A stretch of 64,000 nt of DNA from an uncultured Gammaproteobacteria bacterium (GCA_963710715.1 CAVQBL010000015.1:157603-221602); one strand, 5' to 3'. Counted from the stretch's first letter, positions 37,791 to 48,364 are shown. Notes: a model not told the origin generated them from the letters alone. Translations and numbers: made by a program.

Positions 37791-38477
37791 GTGGGATCAG
37801 ATAAGCTGTTTCAAAAAATAAAAATTCGCAGTGAAAAAGAACTTGCTCGGCACAAAGCAAAAAAATCACCTTACGAAACAATATTCATTGTTTGTGAAGA
37901 CAGCAAAAGTTTACCTAATTATCTTAATGAAATAATAAAATATTTTAGGCTAAATACTGCAAATGTTAGGATCATCCCTAGCAAAGGATCCGCTCCTATC
38001 AGCGTAGTAGAACATAGCATAGAAATAGCAAGAACAACTCCTGGTATTGATCGCATAGTTTGTATTTTTGACCGCGATAAACACGAAAGCTATCAGCGGG
38101 CTATCAAAAAACTTAACGACCATAAATCAAATCCTGAAGACAAAAGCAAGCCTGTTTATCAAACTATAGTTTCAACGCCTTGCTATGAAATATGGCTACT
38201 GCTCCATTTTAGCTATACCACAAAAGCTTATAGCTCAAGTGGTAAAAAATCAGCATCTGAAAACGTAACTAGTGATTTAGAAAAAAAACTTCCTTTATAT
38301 AACAAGAAGACTGTTAAACATTGGTTTAATGACTTAATCGACAAACTGGACACTGCAATAAAGCACGCGAAACAATTGCAGGAACACAACGATAAAACTA
38401 ACTCCATAAACCCTGCAACAAATATACACGAGTTAATCGAACATTTAAGAAATCTCAAAAACTTTAACAATAATTAA
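37791..38477 (+). CDS. RloB-like (AbiLii-like) protein
   Basis: GTG start just after the ATPase remnant. ...YETIFIVCEDSKSLPNYLNEI...IVCIFDRDKHESYQRAI...STPCYEIWLLLHF matches the RloB signature (ilIvCEGekTEpnYf ... vfD.D ... SnPcFElWlllHf). Confidence 0.65.
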   Translation: MGSDKLFQKIKIRSEKELARHKAKKSPYETIFIVCEDSKSLPNYLNEIIKYFRLNTANVRIIPSKGSAPISVVEHSIEIARTTPGIDRIVCIFDRDKHESYQRAIKKLNDHKSNPEDKSKPVYQTIVSTPCYEIWLLLHFSYTTKAYSSSGKKSASENVTSDLEKKLPLYNKKTVKHWFNDLIDKLDTAIKHAKQLQEHNDKTNSINPATNIHELIEHLRNLKNFNNN

Positions 38478-38530
38478 TATCATTGTAGTAATATATCATC
38501 AGAAAACTAAACAACAGAGAATAACACATC

Positions 38531-38706
38531 ATGAAAAACATTGATTACATCATTCATGCTAAATGGATTATTACTTGTGAAGAACAAAATAAAATTTCAC
38601 GGGAATGGCATACACTGATAATAAGTCAGTTTTTCAGGCCTGACCCCCATTACTCAGAGTTGAGGAAAAAAGATTAAACAAGAAGATACTGTAGATTCCC
38701 AAGTGA
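38531..38706 (+). pseudogene. Stub of a second mtaD paralogue (5' and 3' ends only)
   Basis: MKNIDYIIHAKWIITCEEQNKI resembles the mtaD N-terminus MKTVDHIINARWIITCEEQNKI. In another frame, GKKIKQEDTVDS resembles the mtaD C-terminus GEKIKQEDAVTV. About 1.2 kb of internal sequence is missing. Confidence 0.65.
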
Positions 38707-38744
38707 TGAATAATGTTTAAAATTGAATAAAAAGGACTTTAATT

Positions 38745-40187
38745 ATGGCAAAATGGTTCAATTTGTTAAAATACCTTGATGAAGAACAAATTGATTGGGT
38801 CTTTAATACCAGCAAAGAAGAGCATATTAAAAAAAATGCTGTTTTTATAGAAAAAAATACCGATATTGACTCAATATACTTTGTTATCCAAGGATTATTA
38901 AAAGTCTTTATATTCTCTAACACACATCAACCTGCGAAACTTCTTGGTCCAGGAGAAATTGTGGGTGAAATTTCCTTTTTAAATGAAGGAAAAAGCACAG
39001 CTAAATTAATAGCAGAAGATGACACACTTGTACTAAAGCTTCCCAAGAAAACGCTACGAGATAAACTCGCTCAAGACCAATATTTTGCTGCAAATTTTTA
39101 CAAATCGCTCGCAAATATCATTGCCAACAGATTTCGACAAACAATAGATGAACTCGAATTCATTCAAGATTCTAAAAACATCAGCGACAAACTTCACCAT
39201 GAATCCGCCTCTGCTACCCTCCTTAAAGAATTCCAAAATTTTAAACAGCTCATTGCCGAGATTAGCAAAGAGACTTTAACCACTGGACAAGTATCAGAAA
39301 ACTATTATCAACAAACACAAGCACAATTTAAAAATCTTTTTAACAATTTAAATACACTGCTAGGAGCAAAATCTTCACTCGATGAAAACACAAAAAAACA
39401 GCTGGGAAAGCAAGCTCAAATTGAGTTTTTGCCGCTTCTTTTATTAACCGACCTTATGCAACGTGCCTATACCAAACCTCGCGGATATGCAGGTGATTAT
39501 GAAATGATAGAATTAGTCTATCAAAATCAAGGTGGGGGCACCGGCGTCATTGGGCCTTTAATTGACAAATGTTTTCTCAACGTAGCAGCTGCATGTGCTG
39601 TGAGAAATCGCCGCCACATCCTAACGAAAGAAATATTGGCACTTACCCAATCAAAAGATAAAACAGTCAATGTGGCTAGCCTTGCCTGCGGACCTGCGGT
39701 AGAAATATTTGATGCTTACCAACAGTTGCAGGATAAAACTAAGCTTAAAGCAACTTTAATTGATTTTGATCTTCATGCATTGGCACATGCTGCTGATAAA
39801 CGTGACCAGTTAAGGCTAGGGAAACAAATTGAATTAATTAACGAAAACCTGATTTATTTAGCCTTGGGAAAGAAAAAAATTGAGTTTAAGCAATTTGATT
39901 TAATTTATAGCGTAGGCCTTATTGATTATTTTGAAGATGAACTAGTCATTAAGCTGATTAACTATTTCTATGATTATTTGGCGCCAGGCGGAAAAATTAT
40001 TTTGGGGAATTTCCATCCGAATAATCCTGATAAAGCTTTAATGGAGTATATTTTAGAATGGTATTTAGTACATCGCACTGAAGAAGACATGAATAACCTT
40101 TTTAAAGCTTCGAAATTCCATAAGCCTTGCAGCAAAATCCAATTTGAAGAGCAGCATATTAATCTATTTGCAGAATGTCTCAAATAG
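38745..40187 (+). CDS. Cyclic-nucleotide-binding domain fused to a class I SAM-dependent methyltransferase
   Basis: 480 aa. N-terminal CAP_ED (IYFVIQGLLKVF...GPGEIVGEISFLNEGKSTAKLIAEDDTLVLKL), helical linker, C-terminal MTase (KPRGYAGDYEMIELVY, VASLACGPAVE, FDLIYSVGLIDYFEDE, LAPGGKIILGNF). Confidence 0.75.
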   Translation: MAKWFNLLKYLDEEQIDWVFNTSKEEHIKKNAVFIEKNTDIDSIYFVIQGLLKVFIFSNTHQPAKLLGPGEIVGEISFLNEGKSTAKLIAEDDTLVLKLPKKTLRDKLAQDQYFAANFYKSLANIIANRFRQTIDELEFIQDSKNISDKLHHESASATLLKEFQNFKQLIAEISKETLTTGQVSENYYQQTQAQFKNLFNNLNTLLGAKSSLDENTKKQLGKQAQIEFLPLLLLTDLMQRAYTKPRGYAGDYEMIELVYQNQGGGTGVIGPLIDKCFLNVAAACAVRNRRHILTKEILALTQSKDKTVNVASLACGPAVEIFDAYQQLQDKTKLKATLIDFDLHALAHAADKRDQLRLGKQIELINENLIYLALGKKKIEFKQFDLIYSVGLIDYFEDELVIKLINYFYDYLAPGGKIILGNFHPNNPDKALMEYILEWYLVHRTEEDMNNLFKASKFHKPCSKIQFEEQHINLFAECLK

Positions 40188-40348
40188 AGACGACTTACCT
40201 GACCTATCTATGCCCTACGCAACATGGGCAAACACATGGATCTCTACTCATACCATTTTTTACCAAAGTTACACCTTTTTAATGCATTTTTTGCACAACC
40301 TGCTTATAATACGCATTCTTGAATAAATCCATATAATTAGGAGAGAAC

Positions 40349-40795
40349 ATGGCTGTGGAAAAAACGTTGTCAATTATCAAACCCGATGCAGTTGCTAAAC
40401 GCCTGATTGGTGAAATAAATCGTCGTTTTGAAAAGGCTGGCTTACGTATTGTGGCAGCTAAAATGAAACACTTAACCCAAAAAGAAGCTCAAGGTTTTTA
40501 TGCCGTTCATAAAGAACGCCCTTTTTTCAAAGCACTCGTTAACTTCATGAGCTCAGGCCCAGTCATGATACAAGTACTTGAAGGTGAAAATGCTGTTGCC
40601 TCAAATCGTCAAATCATGGGTGCAACTAATCCTAAAGAAGCTGCTCCTGGAACTATACGCGCTGATTTTGCTGAATCCATTGACCACAATGCTGTTCATG
40701 GCTCAGATGCAGCAGATACAGCAAAACAAGAAATTGCTTTCTTCTTTAAACCCGAAGAAATAGTGCATTATGTCAAAGAAACTGAGCTTGCATAA
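40349..40795 (+). CDS. ndk: Nucleoside diphosphate kinase
   Basis: [10 protein letters not shown]..., NAVHGSD active-site His. Confidence 0.96.
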   Translation: MAVEKTLSIIKPDAVAKRLIGEINRRFEKAGLRIVAAKMKHLTQKEAQGFYAVHKERPFFKALVNFMSSGPVMIQVLEGENAVASNRQIMGATNPKEAAPGTIRADFAESIDHNAVHGSDAADTAKQEIAFFFKPEEIVHYVKETELA

Positions 40796-40798
40796 AAC

Positions 40799-41917
40799 AT
40801 GACTGCCCTCACCCAAACAACAAAAGTTAACTTACTTGGCTTTGACCGCAAAGCCTTAGCTGATTTTTTTGTAAATTTGGGTGAAAAAGCATTTCGTGCA
40901 CAACAAGTTTTACAATGGATCCATTTGCATGGCGTACAAGATATTCATGCCATGACCAACGTCAGCAAACAACTACGTGATAAATTGCTTGAAATTGTTG
41001 AAATTTGCCCACCGGAAGTCGCATATGAAAATACCGCCCCGGATGACACTCACAAATGGGTTTTACGCTTAGCCGATGGCAATTGTATTGAAACCGTATT
41101 TATCCCAGAAAAAACTCGCGGCACACTCTGCGTATCGTCTCAAGTGGGGTGTGTACTGAATTGTGATTTTTGCTCCACTGGCAAACAAGGATTTAGTCGC
41201 AATTTAACTGTTGCTGAAATTATTGGACAAGTCTGGGTGGCAGCGCGCAGCTTATCTCGCAGTCAAGGCGCCCATGACCATGCCATCACCAATGTAGTCA
41301 TGATGGGCATGGGTGAACCCCTACTCAATTTTGATAACGTTGTCAGCGCGATGGACATTATGCTAGATGATTTTGCTTACGGACTCTCGAAGCGACGGGT
41401 TACACTGAGCACAGCAGGTGTTATCCCTGCAATGTATCGCTTATGTGAAGTAAGTGATGTAGCACTCGCTGTTTCCTTACATGCCCCCAATGACGAGTTA
41501 CGTAATTTACTCGTACCACTGAATAAGAAATATCCGCTTAAAGAATTAATACAAGCTTGTAAAGACTTCTTTAAAAACGATAAACGGCGCTATGTCACGA
41601 TGGAATATGTGATGCTAGCAGGCGTTAATGACTCACCTCAGCATGCAAAACAATTAATTGCCTTACTCAATGGGGTCAGAGCCAAGGTGAACCTGATACC
41701 TTTTAACCCTTTCCCTAATACTACTTATAAGCGCTCGGATGATACAACCATTGATAAATTTCGTAATATGCTGATAAATGCTAATATCAACTGCATTACT
41801 CGAAAAACGCGTGGCGAAAAAATCGATGCTGCTTGTGGTCAATTGGTAGGCCAAGTTAAAGATCGTACCCGGCGTAGTGAGCGCCTAAAAGTTAAAGTGG
41901 TTTCGGCGACGCTATAA
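40799..41917 (+). CDS. rlmN: 23S rRNA/tRNA m2A methyltransferase RlmN (radical SAM)
   Basis: [18 protein letters not shown] radical-SAM cluster motif. Conserved position after ndk. Confidence 0.95.
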   Translation: MTALTQTTKVNLLGFDRKALADFFVNLGEKAFRAQQVLQWIHLHGVQDIHAMTNVSKQLRDKLLEIVEICPPEVAYENTAPDDTHKWVLRLADGNCIETVFIPEKTRGTLCVSSQVGCVLNCDFCSTGKQGFSRNLTVAEIIGQVWVAARSLSRSQGAHDHAITNVVMMGMGEPLLNFDNVVSAMDIMLDDFAYGLSKRRVTLSTAGVIPAMYRLCEVSDVALAVSLHAPNDELRNLLVPLNKKYPLKELIQACKDFFKNDKRRYVTMEYVMLAGVNDSPQHAKQLIALLNGVRAKVNLIPFNPFPNTTYKRSDDTTIDKFRNMLINANINCITRKTRGEKIDAACGQLVGQVKDRTRRSERLKVKVVSATL

Positions 41918-41947
41918 CATAAGGTATACTATTACCACTCAACTAGG

Positions 41948-42673
41948 ATGAGCGAGACAGGCATGGATACTGAAAAAGACATGATGATAAGCGAAACACA
42001 AAAAGTGAATAGTCCAGACAAACAAGTGGCCAAACAAAGTGGTTGGGGTCTGCGCTTCAAATCCGCTCGCGAAGCTCTGAATTTAACCCCACAAGAAGCG
42101 GCTTCACGTCTATATTTAAATCTGAAAATCATTACTACCATTGAAAATGAAGACTCTGTACATGGCACCCCTGCGATTTTCATGCGTGGTTATGTACGCT
42201 CTTATGGACGACTTCTGAATATACCGGAAAAAGAAATTGATCAAGCCATTACCGAGCTTGGACTTATGACACCACAATCCAATATCACCGAAAATCTCGC
42301 GTTACAAACGCGTCCTAAAGTGCTGGAGAATAGCCATCGCTATGTTCGCTGGATAACATACCCTGTGATTGCTATTTTAATCACCCTTGTTGTTATTTGG
42401 TGGAATAACCATAATCATTACTTCTCAGATATAGATAACACAAAAATTGTTGCTCAACCTACACCAGCACCATCAGCAACTTCTAATCAAGCTATGGCTT
42501 CCACTGCGAAGCCCTCACCGCAAACTCCAGAAACAAGCTCTCCAGCTGCACAGCCCACCCCCCCTCAAGCTAATATAGTCACTGCAGAGCGCAAAAACCA
42601 AGCTACCCCTCCCCATCCCCGTGTTGCCAACATGGATATGGACATACCCGAGCCAGGCTTAGAAACGGATTAA
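41948..42673 (+). CDS. rodZ: RodZ-like cytoskeleton protein lacking the C-terminal periplasmic domain
   Basis: 241 aa. XRE-type HTH ([21 protein letters not shown]), TM ([18 protein letters not shown]), Pro/Thr/Ser-rich linker, then stop. Syntenic position between rlmN and hisS. Confidence 0.6.
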   Translation: MSETGMDTEKDMMISETQKVNSPDKQVAKQSGWGLRFKSAREALNLTPQEAASRLYLNLKIITTIENEDSVHGTPAIFMRGYVRSYGRLLNIPEKEIDQAITELGLMTPQSNITENLALQTRPKVLENSHRYVRWITYPVIAILITLVVIWWNNHNHYFSDIDNTKIVAQPTPAPSATSNQAMASTAKPSPQTPETSSPAAQPTPPQANIVTAERKNQATPPHPRVANMDMDIPEPGLETD

Positions 42674-42686
42674 GAGGCATGCACTC

Positions 42687-43970
42687 GTGGTAAATCCCAT
42701 TCAAGCAATTCGCGGTATGAATGATATTTTACCGCCAGAAATCGCGACGTGGCAGCATGTAGAAAATGTATTACGCGAAGTCTTACATGGCTATGGCTAT
42801 CAAGAAATGCGCTTTCCCATTCTTGAAAAAACTGAATTATTCAAACGCTCCATTGGCGAAGCAACCGATATCGTTGAAAAAGAAATGTATACCTTTGCGG
42901 ACCGTAATAATGAAAGCTTAACCCTACGCCCTGAGGGCACCGCCAGTTGCGTACGCACAGGGATAGAGCACGGATTATTGTATAACCAAGTCCAGCGTTT
43001 CTGGTATATGGGGCCTTATTTTCGCTATGAGCGCCCACAAAAAGGTCGGTATCGTCAATTTCATCAATGCGGGGCAGAAGTTTTTGGTATCGCGAGCCCC
43101 GACATCGATGCAGAACTCATTTTACTTGCCGCCAAAGTTTTCGAAAAATTGGGATTAAAGTCGCATGTGAATTTGCAGCTCAATTCATTGGGAACACCCG
43201 CTGTACGTACAAGCTATCGTGAACAGTTAGTTAATTATCTTGTGCAACATCAAAACCAATTGGATGAAGACAGTCAACGTCGCTTAAGCACCAATCCTTT
43301 ACGTATTTTGGATAGCAAAAATCCAGCCATGCAAGAATTAATTGCGAATGCGCCTAAATTAATCGATCATCTGGATGAAGAATCAAAAACCCATTTTTCA
43401 GAGTTACAAGCTTATTTAACAAGCTCAGGATTAACTTATACAATCAATCCCTGCCTCGTCCGCGGACTTGATTACTACACAAAAACCGTATTTGAATGGG
43501 TAACCACTGAGCTAGGCGCACAAGGCGCAATCTGCTCCGGTGGGCGCTATGACGGCTTGGTTGAACAATTAGGGGGAAAGGCCACACCTGCCCTAGGCTT
43601 TGGGATCGGGATGGAACGTTTAGTTTTATTAGCACAGCACGTCCATAAGAATCCTCCCGCAAGTCCACTACATGTTTACTTCATGACAGATGGCGATGCT
43701 GCTTTCCAAATGAGTTTAAAACTCGCGGACCAATTGCGGGATAATATTCCTGGTTTACGTTTATGGTTACATTGCGGTGGTGGTGCTTTAAAAAATCAAT
43801 TCAAAAAAGCGGATAAAAGCGGTGCGCTGTTTGCATTAATCTTAGGTAATGATGAATTACAGCAGCAGGCTATTTCAATTAAACCACTGAGGGAAAATGT
43901 GCCGCAGGCGATGGTTAAACAAGCGGAAGTGGTAGAATACTTAACCAGGATATTTCAACCCATTTGCTAA
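42687..43970 (+). CDS. hisS: Histidine--tRNA ligase
   Basis: GTG start. (M)[15 protein letters not shown], class II motifs ([31 protein letters not shown]). Confidence 0.96.
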   Translation: MVNPIQAIRGMNDILPPEIATWQHVENVLREVLHGYGYQEMRFPILEKTELFKRSIGEATDIVEKEMYTFADRNNESLTLRPEGTASCVRTGIEHGLLYNQVQRFWYMGPYFRYERPQKGRYRQFHQCGAEVFGIASPDIDAELILLAAKVFEKLGLKSHVNLQLNSLGTPAVRTSYREQLVNYLVQHQNQLDEDSQRRLSTNPLRILDSKNPAMQELIANAPKLIDHLDEESKTHFSELQAYLTSSGLTYTINPCLVRGLDYYTKTVFEWVTTELGAQGAICSGGRYDGLVEQLGGKATPALGFGIGMERLVLLAQHVHKNPPASPLHVYFMTDGDAAFQMSLKLADQLRDNIPGLRLWLHCGGGALKNQFKKADKSGALFALILGNDELQQQAISIKPLRENVPQAMVKQAEVVEYLTRIFQPIC

Positions 43971-44028
43971 AGTGATGTAAAAAATATGTATAATAACGAT
44001 ATCTAATTACCACTAGCGAGGACTTAAC

Positions 44029-44682
44029 ATGCCAAGCCCATATAAATTACTTAGAACAATCATTCTTGGAATTCTAGCATTGCAAGGGGGCAGCGCAATT
44101 TCAGGCGCAGCAGCTCGTAAGGACCCTTGCTATGGCTTTCATTTTGATAGAGATATAGGAGGTGTTAGCTCTCACTCTTATTCTTCAGATGAAATGAGCG
44201 CTATTGTCAAGCAGGTAGGCTCGTCTTGTATATATAGGGCAGGCGGTCAGCTTATACAAAAAGTAACAGGTTCTCTTAACAGAGTTGATGAGCCAGAACC
44301 AGGAAAAGCTTACTCAGCGGCGATAGTAGTTGGTGAAACGGAGGTAGGACTCTCTTTTATTGATGCGAATGCGAAACGTGAAAGTGCTGAGACGATAATG
44401 GCTATCACGAGAGGCAAAGAAGGCACGCATGTTCATGTTAGAAATGGAAGAAAGCTAAATCCAAACTGCCAAACTTTTGTGTTCTGTAATCCTACCAACA
44501 ATTTGATCTTTAGCCCAGCAAAAAACATAGAGGAAAAATTAGAAGAAGCTTCGCTCTCTCCCTATTTTAGACATGTTTTTTTCTCTCGTGTTACAGATAA
44601 ATCAGAATCTCGTGATGAGGCGCAAGAAGCTCCTGCCGTAACAACAGTAGGAAAGATAAATAGTTCAAGGCTGGAGTTATAA
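44029..44682 (+). CDS. Hypothetical secreted protein (lineage-specific insert in the hisS-yfgM block)
   Basis: 217 aa with a signal-peptide-like N-terminus (LRTIILGILALQGGSAISGAAA). No recognised domain. Confidence 0.45.
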   Translation: MPSPYKLLRTIILGILALQGGSAISGAAARKDPCYGFHFDRDIGGVSSHSYSSDEMSAIVKQVGSSCIYRAGGQLIQKVTGSLNRVDEPEPGKAYSAAIVVGETEVGLSFIDANAKRESAETIMAITRGKEGTHVHVRNGRKLNPNCQTFVFCNPTNNLIFSPAKNIEEKLEEASLSPYFRHVFFSRVTDKSESRDEAQEAPAVTTVGKINSSRLEL

Positions 44683-44817
44683 AATTTCCAGCCTTATAAA
44701 TGCTGTTGTGACTAAGAAAACCATTAAGATTTAATAAGTAACATTGGATGTTCTCACTGGCATTTTCCCCAAAATCCGCTAAAATGCGCTATCGCTAATA
44801 TTAAGGAGTTTCTCCCC

Positions 44818-45456
44818 TTGACTGATTATATAACTGAGCAAGAACAAATTGAACAGTTAAAAAAATGGGTAAAAGACTACGGCTTAACCATTCTGGCTGG
44901 CATTGTGGTCGCGCTTATTATTATTACTGGTTGGCATTACTATCAACGCCAACAAAACAAAATATTAATGCGTGCCTCTGTTGTCTATGATCACATGCTA
45001 TCCTTAAGATCGCAAAATAATCCGGATGGAACAGTTACACAAGCTACAAAACTTTTACAAAAATACCCTAACACTCCTTATGCAACCATGGCAGCGTTCA
45101 TGCTGGCACGCGATGCCACACTCAAAAAAAATTATTCAGAAGCCATTAATCAACTCAACTGGGCTGTGGACCATAGCAAAGATCACGCAATACGAGATAT
45201 GGCTCGTATTCGTCTGGCACGAATTTTAATTTCTGAAAAAAAACCCCAAGCTGCTCTTGATGCATTGAGCAATGTAAGGAATAACAGTTTTAAGGGACTG
45301 GCAGAAGAAGTAAAAGGCGATGCTTATCTTGCCATGAATAATGCTGCGGCAGCAAAAAAAGCGTATCAAACCGCATTAAAAGAATTACCCAATGCAGAAA
45401 TTATCCGTCCCACTTTGCAAATGAAATTTGACAATTTAAATCATTCACCCGCATAA
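44818..45456 (+). CDS. yfgM: YfgM-like TPR membrane protein (UPF0070)
   Basis: TTG start. EQEQIEQLKKWVKDYG + TM + TPR-like C-terminal part. Conserved position between hisS and bamB. Confidence 0.65.
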   Translation: MTDYITEQEQIEQLKKWVKDYGLTILAGIVVALIIITGWHYYQRQQNKILMRASVVYDHMLSLRSQNNPDGTVTQATKLLQKYPNTPYATMAAFMLARDATLKKNYSEAINQLNWAVDHSKDHAIRDMARIRLARILISEKKPQAALDALSNVRNNSFKGLAEEVKGDAYLAMNNAAAAKKAYQTALKELPNAEIIRPTLQMKFDNLNHSPA

Positions 45457-45475
45457 ATATAAATAGAGATCCATT

Positions 45476-46630
45476 ATGAAAAATTCTAAAATTAAAATTA
45501 TAATGATAAGTGTGCTCACTAGTGCGCTCTGTGCATGTAGTTTTTTCGATAAAGATAACACACCTGCGCCTGCACCTTTAGTTGCTTTCAAACCGGAAGC
45601 AAGAGTGTATTCTCTTTGGTACGCAATGCCGAATGCAGGAGTCGAAAATACCAATATCAAGCTTGTTCCTGCTGTCACTCCGCAAAGAATTTTTACAGCG
45701 GATAAAAACGGTAGTGTGACCGCATCCAGTCGTTCTCAAGGCAAAACACTTTGGAGAAATAACACTAAATTACCTATCAGTGCTGGAGCTTCCGCAAATG
45801 AAGGTTTAGTTGTGGTTGGCACTCATGCAGGGGAAGTCATCGCACTACGGCAAGTCGATGGTGGGTTCTTATGGAGAAACCGTGTCGCTAGCGAAATTCT
45901 CGCTTGCCCTGCTATTGGCAACGGCGTAGTACTGGTAAAAAGCATAGACGGCCAATTAACTGCTTTATCTGTTAGAGATGGCCATACTTTATGGCATTAT
46001 CAACAGACTGAGCCAACTTTAATATTACGCGGAGCCAGCACGCCACGTATTCATAATGAAACAGCTATTGTGGGTTTTGCAAGTGGTAATCTTGGAAAAT
46101 TCACCCTACGAGAAGGCAGCTTGCTATGGCTACAAACGATTGCCACGCCAGAAGGCATGTTTGCCATCCAGCGCATGGTGGACATCGACGCAGATCCAAT
46201 TATCTTCAATAATCGAATTTATGTTGCAACATATCAAGGCAAAGTTGCGGCGCTGGATCTTAGAACCGGTAGAGAAATATGGACGCATGACATTTCTTCC
46301 TACATAGGAATTGCTGTGGATAACCAACGAGTTTATGTGTCAGACGCTAAAGGCCATATCTGGGCTTTCAATGCTCACACAGGAAATGTCGATTGGCGCC
46401 AACCTCAATTAACTGCACGCAATATCACTGGCCCTGCGACTATCCAAAACTATATCGTTGTGGGTGACGGTGAAGGTTATTTGCATTGGTTAAATAAAAC
46501 AGATGGCCGCTTTATTGCTAGAACCAAAGTCGATCGCTCAGGAATGGTTGCAGCCCCTGTTGTTGACAATAACGTTACGTATGTTGTCACCAAAGAAGGT
46601 AGGCTTGTAGCATACACAATTACCTCATGA
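45476..46630 (+). CDS. bamB: Outer membrane protein assembly factor BamB
   Basis: Lipobox [11 protein letters not shown]-like beta-propeller repeats. Overlaps the der start by 4 nt. Confidence 0.88.
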   Translation: MKNSKIKIIMISVLTSALCACSFFDKDNTPAPAPLVAFKPEARVYSLWYAMPNAGVENTNIKLVPAVTPQRIFTADKNGSVTASSRSQGKTLWRNNTKLPISAGASANEGLVVVGTHAGEVIALRQVDGGFLWRNRVASEILACPAIGNGVVLVKSIDGQLTALSVRDGHTLWHYQQTEPTLILRGASTPRIHNETAIVGFASGNLGKFTLREGSLLWLQTIATPEGMFAIQRMVDIDADPIIFNNRIYVATYQGKVAALDLRTGREIWTHDISSYIGIAVDNQRVYVSDAKGHIWAFNAHTGNVDWRQPQLTARNITGPATIQNYIVVGDGEGYLHWLNKTDGRFIARTKVDRSGMVAAPVVDNNVTYVVTKEGRLVAYTITS

Positions 46631-48012
46631 TACCTGTCATTGCCATTGTTGGACGTCCCAATGTAGGTAAATCAACCTTATTTAATTGCCTTACACAATC
46701 GCGTGCGGCATTAGTCTCTGAATTTCCCGGCATGACACGTGATCGACAATACGGCGAAGCGAATATTGCTGGACACCATTTCATTGTGATCGATACGGGC
46801 GGAATCACTAATGAGAAAAATGATTTAGACCAGCTCATGGCAAATCAATCATTTCAAGCTATCAAAGAAGCCGATAAAGTATTATTTTTGGTTGACGGCA
46901 GAGAAGGAGTCACCGCATTAGATCAACTGGTCGCAGAAAAATTAAGGCCACTCAACAAAACAACTTTCCTTGTCGTTAATAAAACCGAAGGTCTTGATTC
47001 TGATGTGGCTGCAGCGGAATTTTATAAATTAGGATTTGGAATACCCTATCTCATTGCCGCTGCGCATAAAAGCGGGATCAATGAATTAATTGAAACGGTT
47101 TTTAAAGATGTTACTGACGCAAAAGAAGAGACAGACAGTGCTGAAACAGGAATTAAGCTAGCTATTATCGGCCGGCCCAATGTGGGCAAATCCACACTCA
47201 TAAATCGAATGCTAGGTGAAGAACGCGTAATTGTTTTTGACCAACCCGGCACGACACGCGACAGTATTTTTATTCCTCTTGAACGCCAAGGAAAAAATTA
47301 CACTTTAATTGATACCGCAGGTATTCGGCGGCGTGGAAAAATTTTTGAAGCCACAGAAAAGTTTTCCGTGGTAAAAACTTTACAAGCCATTGAAGCCACG
47401 CAAGTCGTATTGTTTGTGATGGATGCACATGAAGGTGTAACCGATCAAGATTTACGCTTACTGGGTTTTATCATTGACAGCGGCAAAGCTTTAGTCATTG
47501 CATTTAACAAATGGGATGGCATGCGACTGGATGAAAAAGATCAGACACGCACGACTATCGATCGCCGATTAAATTTTCTTCCTTATGTACGCGTTCATTT
47601 TATTTCTGCTTTGCACGGATCTGGCGTTGGAAATCTTTTTGCATCCATTGATGAAGCGCATGCATCCGCTAATAAAAAATTAGCGACACCACAATTAACT
47701 AAAATTCTCACCGCAGCAGTGACACAACATTCTCCTCCACTCGTACATGGTCGACGAGTAAAATTACGCTATGCCCACTCGGGTGGCCATAATCCCCCTG
47801 TGATTGTCATTCATGGGAATCAAGTGAATGCACTTTCTGATACCTATCGACGCTATTTAGCCAATACATTTCAAACCCGCTTGAAGCTCATGGGCACACC
47901 CGTGCGCATTGAACTCAAAAGCAGTGAAAATCCTTATCGGCATAAAAAAAATCCGCTGACCCCGCGGCAACAGCAAAAAAAGAAAAGATTGATGCGGCAT
48001 GCAAAAAAATAA
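46627..48012 (+). CDS. der: Ribosome-associated GTPase Der (EngA)
   Basis: Two G domains (GRPNVGKST twice, DTGG/DTAG, NKTE/NKWD) and a KH-like C-terminus. Confidence 0.96.
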   Translation: MIPVIAIVGRPNVGKSTLFNCLTQSRAALVSEFPGMTRDRQYGEANIAGHHFIVIDTGGITNEKNDLDQLMANQSFQAIKEADKVLFLVDGREGVTALDQLVAEKLRPLNKTTFLVVNKTEGLDSDVAAAEFYKLGFGIPYLIAAAHKSGINELIETVFKDVTDAKEETDSAETGIKLAIIGRPNVGKSTLINRMLGEERVIVFDQPGTTRDSIFIPLERQGKNYTLIDTAGIRRRGKIFEATEKFSVVKTLQAIEATQVVLFVMDAHEGVTDQDLRLLGFIIDSGKALVIAFNKWDGMRLDEKDQTRTTIDRRLNFLPYVRVHFISALHGSGVGNLFASIDEAHASANKKLATPQLTKILTAAVTQHSPPLVHGRRVKLRYAHSGGHNPPVIVIHGNQVNALSDTYRRYLANTFQTRLKLMGTPVRIELKSSENPYRHKKNPLTPRQQQKKKRLMRHAKK

Positions 48013-48045
48013 ATCCTTCTTAAAAAAATCTATCTAACACTATGC

Positions 48046-48074
48046 TTGCAATTCTGTACAAAAGTGACTATAAT
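48046..48074 (+). promoter_or_regulatory. Consensus sigma70 promoter of the TA operon
   Basis: TTGCAA - 17 nt - TATAAT, followed by repeated tagtcat motifs (possible operator). Confidence 0.5.
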
Positions 48075-48106
48075 GTAGTCATGAATAGTCATGTAGGAGT
48101 GGCATT

Positions 48107-48364
48107 ATGAAATCTGTTAACATTGCAAAATTTAAGGCACAGTTGGGCAAATATCTAGGTTATATCCGACGAGGAGAAGAGGTAATCGTTTTAGATAGAA
48201 CCCAACCTCTCGCTCGCGTGCTGCCTTTTAAGCCAGTGGAATCTAATCTAGTTATTGAAGAACCCATAGAGCAATTAAACCTAGCTAATTTGCATTTTAA
48301 GCCAATTAAAAATAAAAAAATTGATAGTTTAAAATTTCTTATTGAAGAAAGAGGCGAAAGATGA
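48107..48364 (+). CDS. Type II antitoxin (Phd/YefM-like, VapB role)
   Basis: 85 aa. MKSVNIAKFKAQLGKYLGYIRRGEEVIVLDRTQPLARVLP. ATGA overlap with the PIN toxin gene. Confidence 0.7.
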   Translation: MKSVNIAKFKAQLGKYLGYIRRGEEVIVLDRTQPLARVLPFKPVESNLVIEEPIEQLNLANLHFKPIKNKKIDSLKFLIEERGER

